Source: Eledone cirrhosa (taxonomy: Eukaryota). Taken from it: a DNA stretch of 64,000 nucleotides. Positions 1-12,752 of the stretch are shown in pieces. Position 1 is the stretch's first letter. Every line of letters begins with the position of its first letter. The DNA is taken from positions 285,882,001 to 285,946,000 of the forward strand of contig OZ024740.1 of NCBI GenBank assembly GCA_964016885.1. Reading direction: 5' to 3'. The position numbers and the translations under genes were made by a program. Under the pieces are notes generated by a model. That model saw only the letters and a program-made list of their open reading frames with translations. It was not told the origin of the DNA and ran no database searches.

Positions 1-94
1 TGTTAACTGGTGCGAGAGAGAGAGACAGAGACAGAGTGATGGGGGGTGACAAAGTGATGCATGTCTATAAGAAGTGGCCTTGAGGCCACTTGCA

Positions 95-113
95 TACACA
101 CATATATATATAT

Positions 114-160
<47 letters not shown>

Positions 161-161
161 C

Positions 162-243
<82 letters not shown>

Positions 244-280
244 GTACACACACACACATGTATATATATACATATATGTG

Positions 281-328
<48 letters not shown>

Positions 329-330
329 TA
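95..330. repeat. Compound (TA)n/(CA)n microsatellite
   Basis: Directly visible; accounts for the YI/HT-repeat ORFs. Confidence 0.95.
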
Positions 331-849
331 TATTCATTCATTCACCATGCCCTTATTGTTTATTTTAAAATAATCTAGTAGTTTATCTGGCTCACCTTCC
401 AAGTACTCATTTCATCATCATTTCTATTTCCTTCTTGCTGTGTTTTCTAACCACTTGACCAGACTATTTCCCTCTGCCAAATTGGCAACTGTTAGGTCTC
501 CCAGTAATTAATTTACTGTAGAAATAGCAGCAGATTTACTGCATTGATAGACATTGATCATCTTGACAAACATAAAATTTAAATCTAACAGCTACTAGTA
601 ACTTGAACTTCATCGCCGGCTTCTAAACTTGTTCTTTCTCAGTTTAATATTTCATAAAAATATATTTGTTTCTAATTATACCAGCAAATTGGAAGTGGAT
701 TGATCTCAATTCTGATATGATTAATTATACATAGGAAATAAATTTAAATTTAGGTTAGCTAAGTAGCCTCTACTATTTAATATAGCTTGATTCTCAGCCT
801 TGGCAAAATGGAATGCCTTTTGACTGGGGGTGTATGAACTTATAAGATT

Positions 850-1210
850 CATTATCATCATCGTCATTTCTACATCTGTTTTTCTGTGTTTGTGTGGGTG
901 GCATGAGTCCTCTTCAGTGCAGTATCTCTTTGCTTGTTGCACTCCTTTATCATCTCCTTTGCGAAGTTCAGCATCATGGGATCAACTTTTACCACCTCTG
1001 CCCAAGTCTTTGGTCTACTTCTACCACAGCCCTTCTTTTATTTGGAACTTCTAGCACTTCTTCACCCAATGGTTGTCATCTTAATAGATTACATATCCAA
1101 ACCAGTGCAAGCTTCTCCATTGTACACTATATTTGATTCCTCTTATATCCATCTTTTCTCTCAGCTCATCCACATCTCATCTTTCATGCACACTAACATT
1201 ACACATCCAA
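850..1210 (-). mobile_element. Degraded RTE-clade LINE 3' fragment
   Basis: Reverse complement resembles the RTE C-terminus and (TGA)n tail of the copies at 11.2-11.5 kb and 54.2-54.8 kb. Confidence 0.55.
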
Positions 1211-1278
1211 GTTTATAAATAAGATGGAATTTACAGTAGCTGCAAATAGCATTATGGTAAATTTGTTTGGTCTTTACC

Positions 1279-1280
<2 letters not shown>

Positions 1281-1311
<31 letters not shown>
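1281..1311 (+). repeat. Poly-G tract (31 nt)
   Basis: Directly visible. Confidence 0.9.
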
Positions 1312-1312
<1 letters not shown>

Positions 1313-1333
1313 TGACATTCTTATTCAGTTTTT

Positions 1334-1645
1334 CTAGACTGCATTCAGAAAAAGGCCACTCATCTGATTGGCATAAAGTTGTTGACAGACATACTTCAAC
1401 TTCTGGCTCACAGATATTCTGTCTCCTCTCTCTTTTTCTATTACCACTATTGAGCTTGCTAACCCCATGCCACCTCTGCTGAAGCATTCCCACCTCACTC
1501 ATCTCTCCTCCTCTCATCATCCATATTCTGTCCAAACTGCTAGGACCTGCATTAGCCACTACAACTAATCTTTCTTCTACAGAATCTCATCCCTCTGAAA
1601 TTCTCTCCCTGTACATGCCTTTCCTACAGTAATCAATCAACCTGT
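1334..1645 (+). mobile_element. CR1-Zenon-like LINE ORF2 C-terminal relic
   Basis: Reads LDCIQKKATHLIG..LAHR..VSSL..YYHY..ELA..P..SFFYR..L*NSLP..FP, the post-RT motif set of CR1/Zenon elements, with stops and frameshifts. Confidence 0.7.
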
Positions 1646-1749
1646 AGCAATTTCAACTGAACATCAACAGCATCAACAGCATCAATCTCATGAGTCTCAG
1701 ATGGCTTGCAAAGGTCATGGACACAGTCACATCCTCCAAACCTAGTAAA

Positions 1750-1953
1750 TAATTGTTTCTACTTTTGGCACAAGGCCAGCAATTACCCAGTGTATTACTG
1801 GTACTTTACTGGTACTTTATTTTATCGACCCCGTAAGGATGAAAGGCAAAGTTAACCTCGGCGGGATTTGAACTCAGAATGGCAAGGGCCGTAACTCTAT
1901 GCGTCAAAGCATGGCGTCCGACCTTCTACCAATACTGCCAATCCACCGCCCTT
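1750..1953 (-). mobile_element. tRNA-derived Meta-domain SINE (family A), young copy with 20-bp TSD
   Basis: B box GAGTTCAAATCCC, Meta-like GCCTTTCATCCTTACGGGGTCGATAAAAT; TSD CTCCAAACCTAGTAAATAAT at 1734 and 1968. Confidence 0.9.
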
Positions 1954-2369
1954 AAACCTCCACCACACTCCAAACCTAGTAAATAATAAAACATAATCAA
2001 TTTTTTAAAATGAAAGAGAAAACAAGACCATCCGGATGAATATATACACCAGAAGGCAAGTAAATTACTGTGCTTTACCCAAGAGCAATATAATGTCAAT
2101 TGGGAATTTGAAATGTAAATACCTATAACTTGAAGATGCGTCTGCACATATGTATGTACACTCATAGTTGTACTATTGCATAATTCTGTAAAGGAAAGTT
2201 TTGCTGCAAGAGATTCAATCAGCAACATGATATCAGTTAATGCCAACTGGTCATTATGTCTCAGTCTATAAAATAATCCTATCATCATCATCATCATCAT
2301 TCTCACCACCACCACTACTACCATCATCTGTCTGTTTTGTCTGTTTGCATATTGTATACTTGTTTGACA

Positions 2370-2810
2370 ATTTTGATACCAAACTGGCTAAAACCAGCCT
2401 TGGTTTTATAATTCAAAACTGTTTTAAATTTTTTGTGTTTATCTAAAAACCATCCATCATATTTCTATGTAAGAATCATTAAGTTATGCTCCAAACACCA
2501 GTTAAATAATTTTCTACTTTTTTGGCACAAGGCCAGCAATTACTCAGTGTATTACTGGTACTTTATTTTATCGACCCCGTAAGGATGAAAGGCAAAGTTA
2601 ACCTCGGCGGGATTTGAACTCAGAATGGCAAGGGCCGTAACTCAATGCGTCAAAGCATCGCGTCCGACCCTCTACCGATACTGCCAATCCACCAGCTAAA
2701 TAAAGAGAAAGTTATATTACTGAATCTCTCCAAATTTTTGATTATATCCCCAAATATTTGAAAATCATAAGCAGTATCTTTCATTAGAAATATGGTAATG
2801 AAAGGGTTAA
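2370..2810. mobile_element. TTAA-flanked (piggyBac-like) MITE with a family A SINE inserted at 2506-2697 (-)
   Basis: TTTGATACCAA... to ...GAAAGGGTTAA termini, shared with many copies in the window. Confidence 0.7.
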
Positions 2811-3029
2811 AATCACTAGATTTGTGACCATGTTGGGTTACTAGCTTCAATGGTTTTAGTTGATTATATTGGTCCCATACATTGCTACTTATTTTATCAA
2901 TCTTATAAGATATAGAATACAAATAGAACATTGGTATGAGATATATTCAATCAGACATATATGGCAGACACACATGGATTGATTACAGTGTGAACATCTG
3001 TGAAATAAATTGTGTCAAATACTTGGAAG

Positions 3030-3610
3030 CTTCCATATAAGTAGTTAGTAGCCTCTGTTACTTGGGTAATATGATTAGCAATGGATGTGGATGTTCCAAA
3101 CATAAGGCAGCTAGAGTAAAAGGAAGTTTGAAAACATTTAGGTAGCTCTCTGAGTGAAGTGTTGATTCTATGATGCATGTGTATGAGGTGCAGTTTTGCA
3201 TAGCAGACAAACATAGCATTGAATGTGAGGGATGTGTGAATGCTGGAAAAAAATGAAGCAAGTATATTCTACTGTATGTAACATATGAAGAATAGAGCAG
3301 AACTGAGTTAAGAGAAAAACCAGGTATTAGAGGAATTGGCTGTAATGTGCAAGAGGGAAGAGAGTACACTGGTATAAGCACGGGATGTATATGAAGGATA
3401 ATATTTGAGTAAAGAAGTGCTGAATAATCTGTGGTAGCAGATGACCGAGGAAAACATGGACAAGATGTGATGATAGCTAATCTCAGGATGCTTAGCCTCA
3501 TGAAGAGCGTGGTATGTAACTCTAACAAATGACTGCTGAAGAAAGTGCATTTAACACATGCTAGCTTGAAAAAAAAACGAATGTAAAAATAATGGTGAAA
3601 ATGATGATAC
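3030..3610 (+). mobile_element. Degraded RTE LINE 3' fragment with tail
   Basis: Similar to the 54.2 kb ORF (ELREKLGIRGI..VQ..R..WY..GRPRKTW-like); ends ACATGCTAGCTTG..ATGATGA. Confidence 0.7.
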
Positions 3611-4690
3611 ACACATATACTGTACTTTATCTGGTATTTTTTAGTTGAAGCTTGATATAGATCGATATATTGCTGTTAATTCTATAAAGATCAAGTAAAT
3701 TAGTTATCCAATACAATGAATTTATTGCCCCCAGTGGAGCAATGATATTAAGTTGTTTGTAAGGCTTTCCGGCCTAATGTTTGAATAGGTTCCTTATTGG
3801 ACAAAACAAGCCAATTAGAGTCACATACAGAATATTATAACATGCAATCAGGACAGAATAATTTATAAATTGGTTGTTTTACTGCATATAAGTTTCATGC
3901 TTCAAACTATCTGTACTACACAGGTAGCTTTATAAGGCTGTAATTGGTATAACTGTAGAAAAGCTGACAGAAGCAGCAGAAGCAGAGATTTAAAACAGTT
4001 TCATTGAGTTATATGGTGGAAATGCTGATTTAGAGAGAAAACAAGTTCTGAAGAGATTACAGGGTGTGTGTAGTAGATGGGGGTGATGGCTGTCAGCATG
4101 CCAGCTAGTTTGTCATCAACCTCTTCTATCAAACAATAACACAGAATGAATTGTGCAAACAATTTATTTTAGGAATCAGCTGGCTCTAAGTGCAGATGTT
4201 TCATTGCTTAGTTCCAAAAGACTATTTTTGTCCATGAAATGTAAACCAAAACTGACCGGTTAAACAATGGGATAAAGTTTAAAGATATAGAAAAGTGAAA
4301 AGAATAAACACTGCTAAAACCACACTAACTCCCGTGACTGTCAATATAATGATTGTTTAAGGTAGGGATTCTCAGTCTTGGGATAAATGTACTGCTAAGG
4401 GGTGGGGGGATTAAATTTACCACCAGGAGTAAATTGGCTGATTCTGCATTTGTACATTTTAAAAATATAATTAAAAACTACCTGATGTGAAAAATATGCC
4501 TATTTTGTTTATTAAAGTACCAATTTGTTTTCTGTCTATAATTTTGGACTTAATGATCTGTGTGTGTTTCATTAATTGATGTTTTCACATTAACTGCATT
4601 TGGTCCTAGCACCAGTATCTGTTCATAATTAGTTGTTCATAAATAAGTGAAATAAAGTTTTATTCTGCTATTATTATTTGAATCTAAAAT

Positions 4691-4881
4691 AATTGTTTCT
4701 ACGTTTGGCACAAGGCCAGCAATTACCCCAGTACATTACTGGTACTTTATTTTATCGACCCCGTAAGGATGAAAGGCAAAGTGAACCTTGGCGGGATTTG
4801 AACTCACACCATAAAGGGGCCTAACTCTATGCTGCAAAGCATGGCATCTGACCTTCTACTGATACTGCCAATCCCCCGCCT
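4691..4881 (-). mobile_element. Family A SINE with 16-bp TSD
   Basis: TSD TTGAATCTAAAATAAT on both sides. Confidence 0.9.
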
Positions 4882-5622
4882 TGAATCTAAAATAATATTG
4901 TAATAGTACAATCCATCCAATGGGCTTCCAAACAGTTGTCTATCCAGTTTCGCTCTCGCAAGGCATAGGCCAACCCTTAGGCTATGATAAATCATAGTTT
5001 CCCAAGATGCTATGCAGTGGAATCAAATCCAGCTGCACCTAATGATTACAAAGAGAACTCTTTAACTATTCAACAATGTTGTATTCACACACCAACACAC
5101 TCCAACACACCCACTTACACATCAACTCACCCACACACACACTTGTATGTACACAGACAGTTATTGAAATAAATAATTATAACTAATCTTTATTTCAAAT
5201 GTTCTAGTTTTATGAACATAGTGTTGACATGACAGCCAGTATTTATATAATAAGATTTATCCACAGCTATTAATTCCCAAAGCAAAATATAAAAAAACAA
5301 TTTGACAAATCTTTGTTGTAAATATCATTTACAGTTTAGATCAGAGATGTTCTGTTTTGTCTAGTCTCTAGAGAACAGATTTCTGACCATTGCAATATTT
5401 CTCAGGAAATTAACAATTATATGATGAAAAATTAAGAATGTAATGTAATAATTTTTGTTTTTGTTGTTTTTTTCAATGATAAAGAGATATGAAAATTTTG
5501 TATCTCAATGGAGTTCTGGAAATATAAGTATAGGCATAGCTGTCTGGTTAAGTAGTTTGCTATGCAACCATGTGATTTCTCTATGTATGTATGTATGCAT
5601 ATATGTATGCATGTATGTATTC

Positions 5623-5800
5623 AATGTTCAGAAAGTGGGATTGGCCCCATACAAAGCCTTTCCTCACTTAAAAAATCTTCAAGCACAGGCATCACTTGAT
5701 ATGTGACCTTTTTTGTGATGCATGAGATTGCTGGCCATAGGCAAGTCCTTAGCAGGCCTAAAAAACCACGCCCATGATGCTCATGCTTAAGTATCAAGCG
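5623..5800 (+). repeat. Unclassified interspersed repeat (second copy inverted at about 27870-28005)
   Basis: GTGGGA.TGGC..GCCTTT.CTCACT..CTTCA.G.CACAGGCAT shared between the two loci. Confidence 0.6.
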
Positions 5801-6782
5801 ATGGCATTACTCAAAATTGAGTTGCAGCTATCTTTGTATGTGTGTGTCTGTTCCAGCATGGCCACAGTCTGACTGAAATCAGTAAAAATAAAAATAATTA
5901 TAATTATTATATTGTTAAAAAACTATGTACACGATGCAACAATATATTTTTTTTTTCAATGAGGGACAGACATGAAGATTTTATATCACAATGAGTTGTA
6001 CAAATGGTTCAAGGTTGTGGCAGACAAAAGGGCAAATGCATTACCCCTGAAGAATGGTAAATGAGATGAACCGAAAGAGCTATTCCATCTTGTGGGGAAT
6101 GATTCCTACTGCTGGCCATCTCTGCCTTTGTGTAGGCATGGTTCTATGGCTAGATGCCCTTCCTAATTAATACCAATCACTTTACAGAGTATACTGGGTG
6201 TGGTTTTGTGGCACCAGCACTACCACTTTACTGTGTGTAGTGAGTACATTTTATCATTGTATCAACATTAGGGGTGTGGTTGTCCAGACTGCAGAATCCT
6301 TCCAAACCATATATTGTCTCCATTTCTCATCATGAAGCCTCCGGTTTCTCGTCACGTTTACTTTTAGTGTCACAGTGCTTATACTGGTGTGTAATTTGGC
6401 AAATCTCTAGTCTGTTCAGTCTTGTATCTTCTCCTTTGTAAGGTTTGTATATTTTATTTTATGCTAGCATGGAAAAATGGAAAGGAATATAAATAAATAA
6501 CTAAATAGGGATTTATAAAATTTTCTTTGAAACCTTTCAAACTTTGCCATTTCCAAATGTATGGGTAATATCTTCAAGGGATCTGTAAGAAGACTTCTCT
6601 CATTGAGGAATGAAGTCAACACATGACAGTGTTATATGTTACTATTTACAAACAAGTCATTTGATGGTACACTGAATATTTTAGCCTTTAATAGTACAAA
6701 GGACACCAACAAGCAAACAGAAAAAGTTTTTTAAAAACTTGTCTATTGATAGCGAGCTCTACAGAGTAGGGTGTAATTCAAA

Positions 6783-7045
6783 TGTGTGTGTGTGTGTGTG
6801 TGTGTATGTGTGTATAAGCATGTGTGTGTGTGTGTGTATAAGCATGTGTGTGTGTGTGTGTGTGTGTGTGTGAGTGTTTACATATTTGTATATATGACTG
6901 TGTGTGTGTGTGTATATATATATATTTGTATATATATGCATGCGTGTGTGTATATGAGTGTCTGTACATATGTATGTAAATGTGAGTGTGTGTGTGTACA
7001 TACATATATATATGTATATGTGACTCTGTGTGTGTGTGTATATAT
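6783..7045. repeat. (TG)n/(TA)n compound microsatellite
   Basis: Directly visible. Confidence 0.9.
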
Positions 7046-7348
7046 AAGCACATAAATTTTTATGAACTGTCATAAAGAAGTGATTACATCTCAGTTTGTT
7101 GTTTTAGAAAAACTTAGTATATGAAAAATGACAGAAATAGTTATCTAGATGATCTTTCCTATATCTGCCTGCCTCCATTCTCTTGCAACTTTATAATCGC
7201 CACTCCTCTGCTTCTCGCTCTCTCTCTCTCTCTGTCTCTCTCCGTCTCTCTCTTTCATTCTCTCTCTCATTGTGTATGTGTGTATATATATATGTGTGTA
7301 TATATATATGTATATACATCTCTCTCTCTCTCACACACTCTCTCTCTT

Positions 7349-7588
7349 TATATATATATATATATATAGATCATATATATATATATATAGATCATATATA
7401 TATATATATAGATCATATATATATATATAGATCATATATATATATATAGATCATATATATATATACAGATCATATATATATATACAGATCATATATATAT
7501 ATATAGATCATATATATATATATAGATCATATATATATATATAGATCATATATATATATATAGATCATATATATATATATATATATAG

Positions 7589-7622
<34 letters not shown>

Positions 7623-7661
7623 AGTATGTATGTATACGTACATACATATATATATATATAC

Positions 7662-7698
<37 letters not shown>

Positions 7699-7701
7699 TA
7701 T

Positions 7702-7732
<31 letters not shown>
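7349..7732. repeat. (TA)n array containing 12 GATC units at mostly 19-bp period
   Basis: GATC at 7369, 7390, 7411, 7430, 7449, 7468, 7487, 7506, 7525, 7544, 7563, 7588. Confidence 0.9.
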
Positions 7733-7734
<2 letters not shown>

Positions 7735-7737
<3 letters not shown>

Positions 7738-8352
7738 ATACTTTGGGAGGGTCATGTTGCCAATAAGAAACACACGCACCTGTTGCTTTCACTTCAATTT
7801 ATTATAATAAATTTATAAATTTAGGAATTTATAAATTTCCGGTTGGTTCCACAACCAGATGGTTGTTTATATATTGTCAAAGTTCTTTCGTCACATATGC
7901 TGTGACCTCTTCAGTGACTGGGGATTCTTTTCTTTGTTTTTTGTGTCTCTCCTTTTTTCTGTCCTACGGCATCTTGTTTTTGTGTGTGTGTTGTGTGCTT
8001 AGTTTGCGCATGTGTTACATCCGGGTGTCTGTGTGTGTTTATATTCGTTTATTTATTTGTTTATTTGCATGTTACTAGCTGGTTGTTTGTTCTATGTGCG
8101 TGTGCGTTTTCATTTTGTCCTTAATTGTAAGTTGTGATGTTGCTGTTCCACTCATGTTTTCTATTTAATTTTGGTTGTAATCCATTTATGTTAATTGCCT
8201 CTGTGATTTGTCTAAACATTGCGTCTTTTCTGTGTGTAGATTCTATTTTTATTTCTATCTTGAAGGTCTCGCCAGTGTTCATTTATCCGTTCCCCTATAC
8301 TACGAGCTGTCTCACCTATGTACACTATATTTTTATCTCTACATTGTGGAAT
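7735..8352 (-). mobile_element. Penelope-like element relic: GIY-YIG endonuclease C-terminus plus 3' terminal region
   Basis: Minus strand reads CRDKNIVYIGETARSIGERINEHW and, after a frameshift/deletion, DAMFRQITEAININGLQPKLNRKHEWN, typical PLE GIY-YIG motifs. Confidence 0.85.
7876..7918 (-). ncRNA. Minimal type-I hammerhead ribozyme motif (PLE-associated)
   Basis: GUCA-CUGAAGA-G-GUCACA(gcaua)UGUGAC-GAAA-GAAC-UU-UGAC: core boxes, 6-bp stem II, 4-bp stem I, minimal helix III. Confidence 0.75.
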
Positions 8353-8353
8353 G

Positions 8354-8519
8354 ATATAGGCCCCAGTCCCTATCATCTCATTTCTACAGCTGAGTAAACT
8401 GGAGCAATGTGAAATAAAGCGTCTTGCTCAAGGAAGCAACACATCACCCGGTCTGAGAATTGAACTCACAACCTTTTGATTGCAAGGCCAATGCTCTAAC
8501 CACTAAGCCATGTGCCTCC
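8354..8519 (-). mobile_element. tRNA-derived SINE family B (CCTTGAGCAAGAC-type central domain)
   Basis: Near-identical to 22484-22650; A box TGGCTTAGTGG, B box GAGTTCAATTC. Confidence 0.85.
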
Positions 8520-10338
8520 TGATATATATATATATATATGCAAAAAGTAAATGAAAACAACAAAGCAAACAGCACAGCACAATGAAGAAATATATTATTA
8601 GTTTAATGCTTGATATAGTAAGGAAAGACTTTGGACACTAGTCCTTCACCTAAAGATGAATTAGAAAGATAGTGAGAAGAGGAAGTAATGGAAAGAATTT
8701 ATTTTTAGAAAAAGCACGTGTATTCTGTGAGCCATATGTATATATATCCTTGATTTCACTTCCAATGATTCATTTTTTTCTGTATATTGATCATTCTAAA
8801 CACACACACAGACATGCATGCACACATATATTTGTTCTTATGACTTTTATAAGCATTCAAATATATCTGTTGCCTATATATATCAATAAATATGTATGCA
8901 AGCCAACAAGGAAACATTTATGTGGTGACTTGGCTTGCTATAAATAGCAACCAGATCTCCCTCAAGTCATATTCCACTGTTTTATAAAAGAACATTTTTT
9001 TATATTGTGATACTGATTTTCCTGCATATAAGAAACAATTTAGATAGTCATGGCTGGGATGCATTAGAATCATATGTGTGCTCTATCAGGTATTCAAAGA
9101 AATCAGGTCTCAAGATTGAAGATATTTTTGTCCTTCCCTCCAACCAGTCCTAGTGGGCCCTGAAAAGGGTCATGCTCATGGCTTTTCTCCCTCTGACTAA
9201 ATAGTAATAAAAAGTATGTATGCTAGTTCAACCTGTATTTAACACTTACACAAACATATTTTTAATATAATACACTCTGTTTCAAAATTTGAAGGATTTA
9301 CTATAATTAATAATTATTTCATTACTAAGATAGTAACTTAACATATGGCTCTGGCATAGAATTATGTTAGAATGGGTGGTTTTGTTTCATAGAACCAGAG
9401 CCAGTTTTGTTCAGGCTGGTATCAAAAGGGTTAATCAAATTAACAATTTTTAAATCAACATTGTGAAATATTATGCTCTTTTGAGAAGATCTTCTGCATA
9501 TGATCTATATATAATGGTTACTTCTATATAGCTGACCCTTTCACTTACTTGCCTAAATATAATGTCTGCATCTATATAGCTATCTCTTTCATTTACTTAT
9601 ATAAATATATATTGGACAGGTACTACTTTAATTCTGAACATGTGCTCTCACTTATCTCAAAATAAACTTTGCTTTTCCTCAGAGCCTATTTTAATCTGTT
9701 TACAAAAGAAATAATTCAGGGTTCTTTTTGCAAAGGGTTCATGTCAATTGGGAATGCTTTTCTGAAGAAAACCTGCTAAACATTGTTTTAATTTTTTTTT
9801 TTCAATTATTTATTATTTTCCTTTACACCTGATCTATATATCCAAGTAGATAAATATTCCTGCTACAGCTTATAAAAATCTAGGTTTCCTTTACATTAAG
9901 GGTCTTATACACTGTATTTATCACTGCTACATCACTCCCCCACAGTCTTCCTACTTAAAAACCAGCAGCAGCAGCAGCAGTAGTAGATAGATAGATTCAG
10001 GCAGATGTTTATCAGTCATGTATCCTGCTGTGGGTAGGTTTGTTAGTCAGTTGGCTTCATAAATGGATTGGTTTCCGCCAGAGATTTCCTTTTCTCTTTG
10101 AAGTTCCTCTAAAAAGTTTGATCTTTTCTCTTACAGCTTTAATGAGATTCTCTATGTACTGAATTTTATGTATTAGGTCTTATTATTTAAGGCGGTGGAT
10201 TGGCAGTATCGATAGAATGTCAGACAAAATACTTTGCTGTATTAGTTACAAATTTCTACGTTCTGAGTTCAAACCCCACTAAAATATGGTTACAAAAAGG
10301 AAAAAAAAAGTAGTTAGCTCTCTGTTATGCTTTCTTAG

Positions 10339-10370
10339 TCGTTTCCTTCTCGAACCAAAAGGTGTCTCAG
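10339..10370 (+). other. Candidate 32-nt exon
   Basis: gctttcttag|TCG...CAG|gttagt; retains two CpGs in a CpG-poor context; splice signals only. Confidence 0.2.
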
Positions 10371-11164
10371 GTTAGTAGTATATTTCCTTTCACTTATCTC
10401 TATTTAGGTTACTTTTGATCATCACAGGCTCACAATAATACAAGGGATTATTTGGTCTCTTATGTTGCACCTGCATGAAGAAAAATATCATCTTATCACT
10501 TAAATTTCCTGTTTGGGAATGTTTAATTATTGATTATGGGAGTTTGTTTGTTTGTTTTTTTTTACAAAGAAGGGGGAAAAAATGTTTCATAAATTTATGT
10601 ACAATCATCACCACTACCACCACTTTTATGTCCACTTGTTCATACAGCTAGGTTGGGTTGGGACTGTTTGAGGCAGTGTTTTATTGCCAGCTACCCTTCC
10701 TGATGTCAAACCTTAGACAACTCTTACAACATGCAAGGATATGTTGCATTCATCTATTCTAAAAACCGTGATATGCATGACTGTACATCTTTTATATATT
10801 TAATGAAGTGTTTTGACATGCTTATACAACCATGATGATTTTAAGTATGAATATATTAAAATAACATTTATGTAATTACTTTGTCTTACTGCTTTTAGTC
10901 ATTGAACTGTAGCCATGTTGGGTGGGCATGAAATGAAAAAAAATGAAATTTACAGCTCTCACCTATGTAGTTTTAGCTAGGAACCAATGAGATTGTGTCT
11001 CATAGGAGGTTTAAGGGATCCTGTTCTATCATGATAAGAACAAAAATCTTTAATATCTTCTTGGTCTCTAACTTAAAACAATATTTGTGATGAAGTTGCG
11101 TGTTTTGCACACACACGCACACGCACACACACAAAAAATTCAGGATCCTGACAGCTGAGGTCCA

Positions 11165-11521
11165 GCTAGATCTTGAAATGACCGGAGTTGGATGTGCAAT
11201 GTCAATATGCATGAACGACCAAGCATAGATGAGTTGAGAGAGAAACTGTGTATAAGAGGGATGAGTTGTAGTGTGTGGGAGAGAAAACTGCGATGGTATG
11301 GACATGTGATGTGAATGGAGGATAAAGAAGTGCCAAGAAATTCCAGTAGAAGGAAGACGCAGTAGAGGAAGACCACGAAAATCATGGGCAGAGGTGGTGA
11401 GAGCAGATCACTGGAGCTCACGGAGGAGATGACAAAGGACCATGACAAGTGGAGAGATGTTGTGCTGAATAAGACCCATCCCACCCTTGCAAGCAGGGAA
11501 AAGCGGCCGTAAAATGATGAT
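11165..11521 (+). mobile_element. RTE LINE 3' end
   Basis: LR.YGHVM.ME..KC....GRR.RGRPRKSW motif followed by tail CCCACCCTTGCAAGCAGGGAAAAG..GTAAAATGATGA. Confidence 0.85.
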
Positions 11522-12484
11522 ATATATATATATATGCCCTTTTTCTGAGACTGGGTGACATGTTGTGTTCAAATCCACCAAAGTCAACTTTGCCATTCAT
11601 CCTTTCAAAGTCAATTATTTCTCTATCTTTTTCTCTCTTTTACTGGAAGAAATCAGCTTTATTCTGACTTGGAGAGGGACAGGCCCTTTCAAATTTAAAT
11701 TCCCAAGAAATACTGTTTATCAGAATGACACACCAACAATTCCAGCAGGAGTTAAGGGCTCATAACATGACATTGCTAAAGCTGTCAATGCTATGTATTA
11801 ATTGCAGTTCATTCAAATATATAACAAAAGCATGACACAGCTTTGTTTGACTCCCTTTTTGTCATTATCAAAGCCTAGTTATATTAAGTTATATAAAACT
11901 TATTTCAAAATAATGTTAAAGATGACTAAAGAAGGATTGAATTATTGAAAGAAAAACTATATGAACATCATTGTAATGTTCATCCAAATGATACTACTGA
12001 AAGTCCTAAATTTCAGACAAGCAGACAGTTTCCTTCTTTCTGCTTTTCGCCTGCCATCTTTTTTTCTTTTTTTATTTATATGGAATGACATAAGTGTAAT
12101 TTGTTTCCTACCACATTGTGAAACCATGTCTATTAAATGTTGTAAGTTCAGTGTAAGTTAGTCTAAGATAAGAGAATGAGAGACAGATAACTTTTGATCA
12201 ATGGAAATGTTTCTAGGGTAAATGTCACTTAAGCACTGAAGTAGTCTACAGATGAAAGATAGACACCAAGGCCAACTGTAAACTGAAAAACATTTCTGTC
12301 ATTTGATATTTTCATGGAGGCAGGGAGGGGACAGTTTTCAAGTAATACTTAGGGCAATAAGCTTCAAATATTGCCATAACAACCCATCAAAACTCTTGTG
12401 TGAAAATGGGGTTCTATGTAAATATTATGTCTAGTGTGATCTCATTTATTTCTGATAAGACAATATATAAACATATAATTTGCA

Positions 12485-12544
12485 CATGTATATATATATG
12501 TATATATATATATATGTATATATATATATGTACATATATGTATG

Positions 12545-12620
<76 letters not shown>

Positions 12621-12628
12621 CATATATG

Positions 12629-12709
<81 letters not shown>

Positions 12710-12719
12710 GTATATATAA

Positions 12720-12751
<32 letters not shown>

Positions 12752-12752
12752 G
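12485..12752. repeat. (TA)n microsatellite with TG interruptions
   Basis: Directly visible. Confidence 0.95.

Noticed and set aside
395-515. Minus-strand exon bounded by ctacag and gtgag
   Set aside because: Stops in all frames, weak pyrimidine tract, and the acceptor resembles a repeat motif
6038-6102. Hammerhead-like CTGAAGA..GGT..ACC GAAA
   Set aside because: Extra bases after the core, and stem I and the cleavage triplet cannot be put in register; at best a very decayed relic
7369-7600. Regularly spaced repeats resembling a CRISPR array
   Set aside because: No unique spacers, eukaryotic context, no cas genes; it is a simple minisatellite
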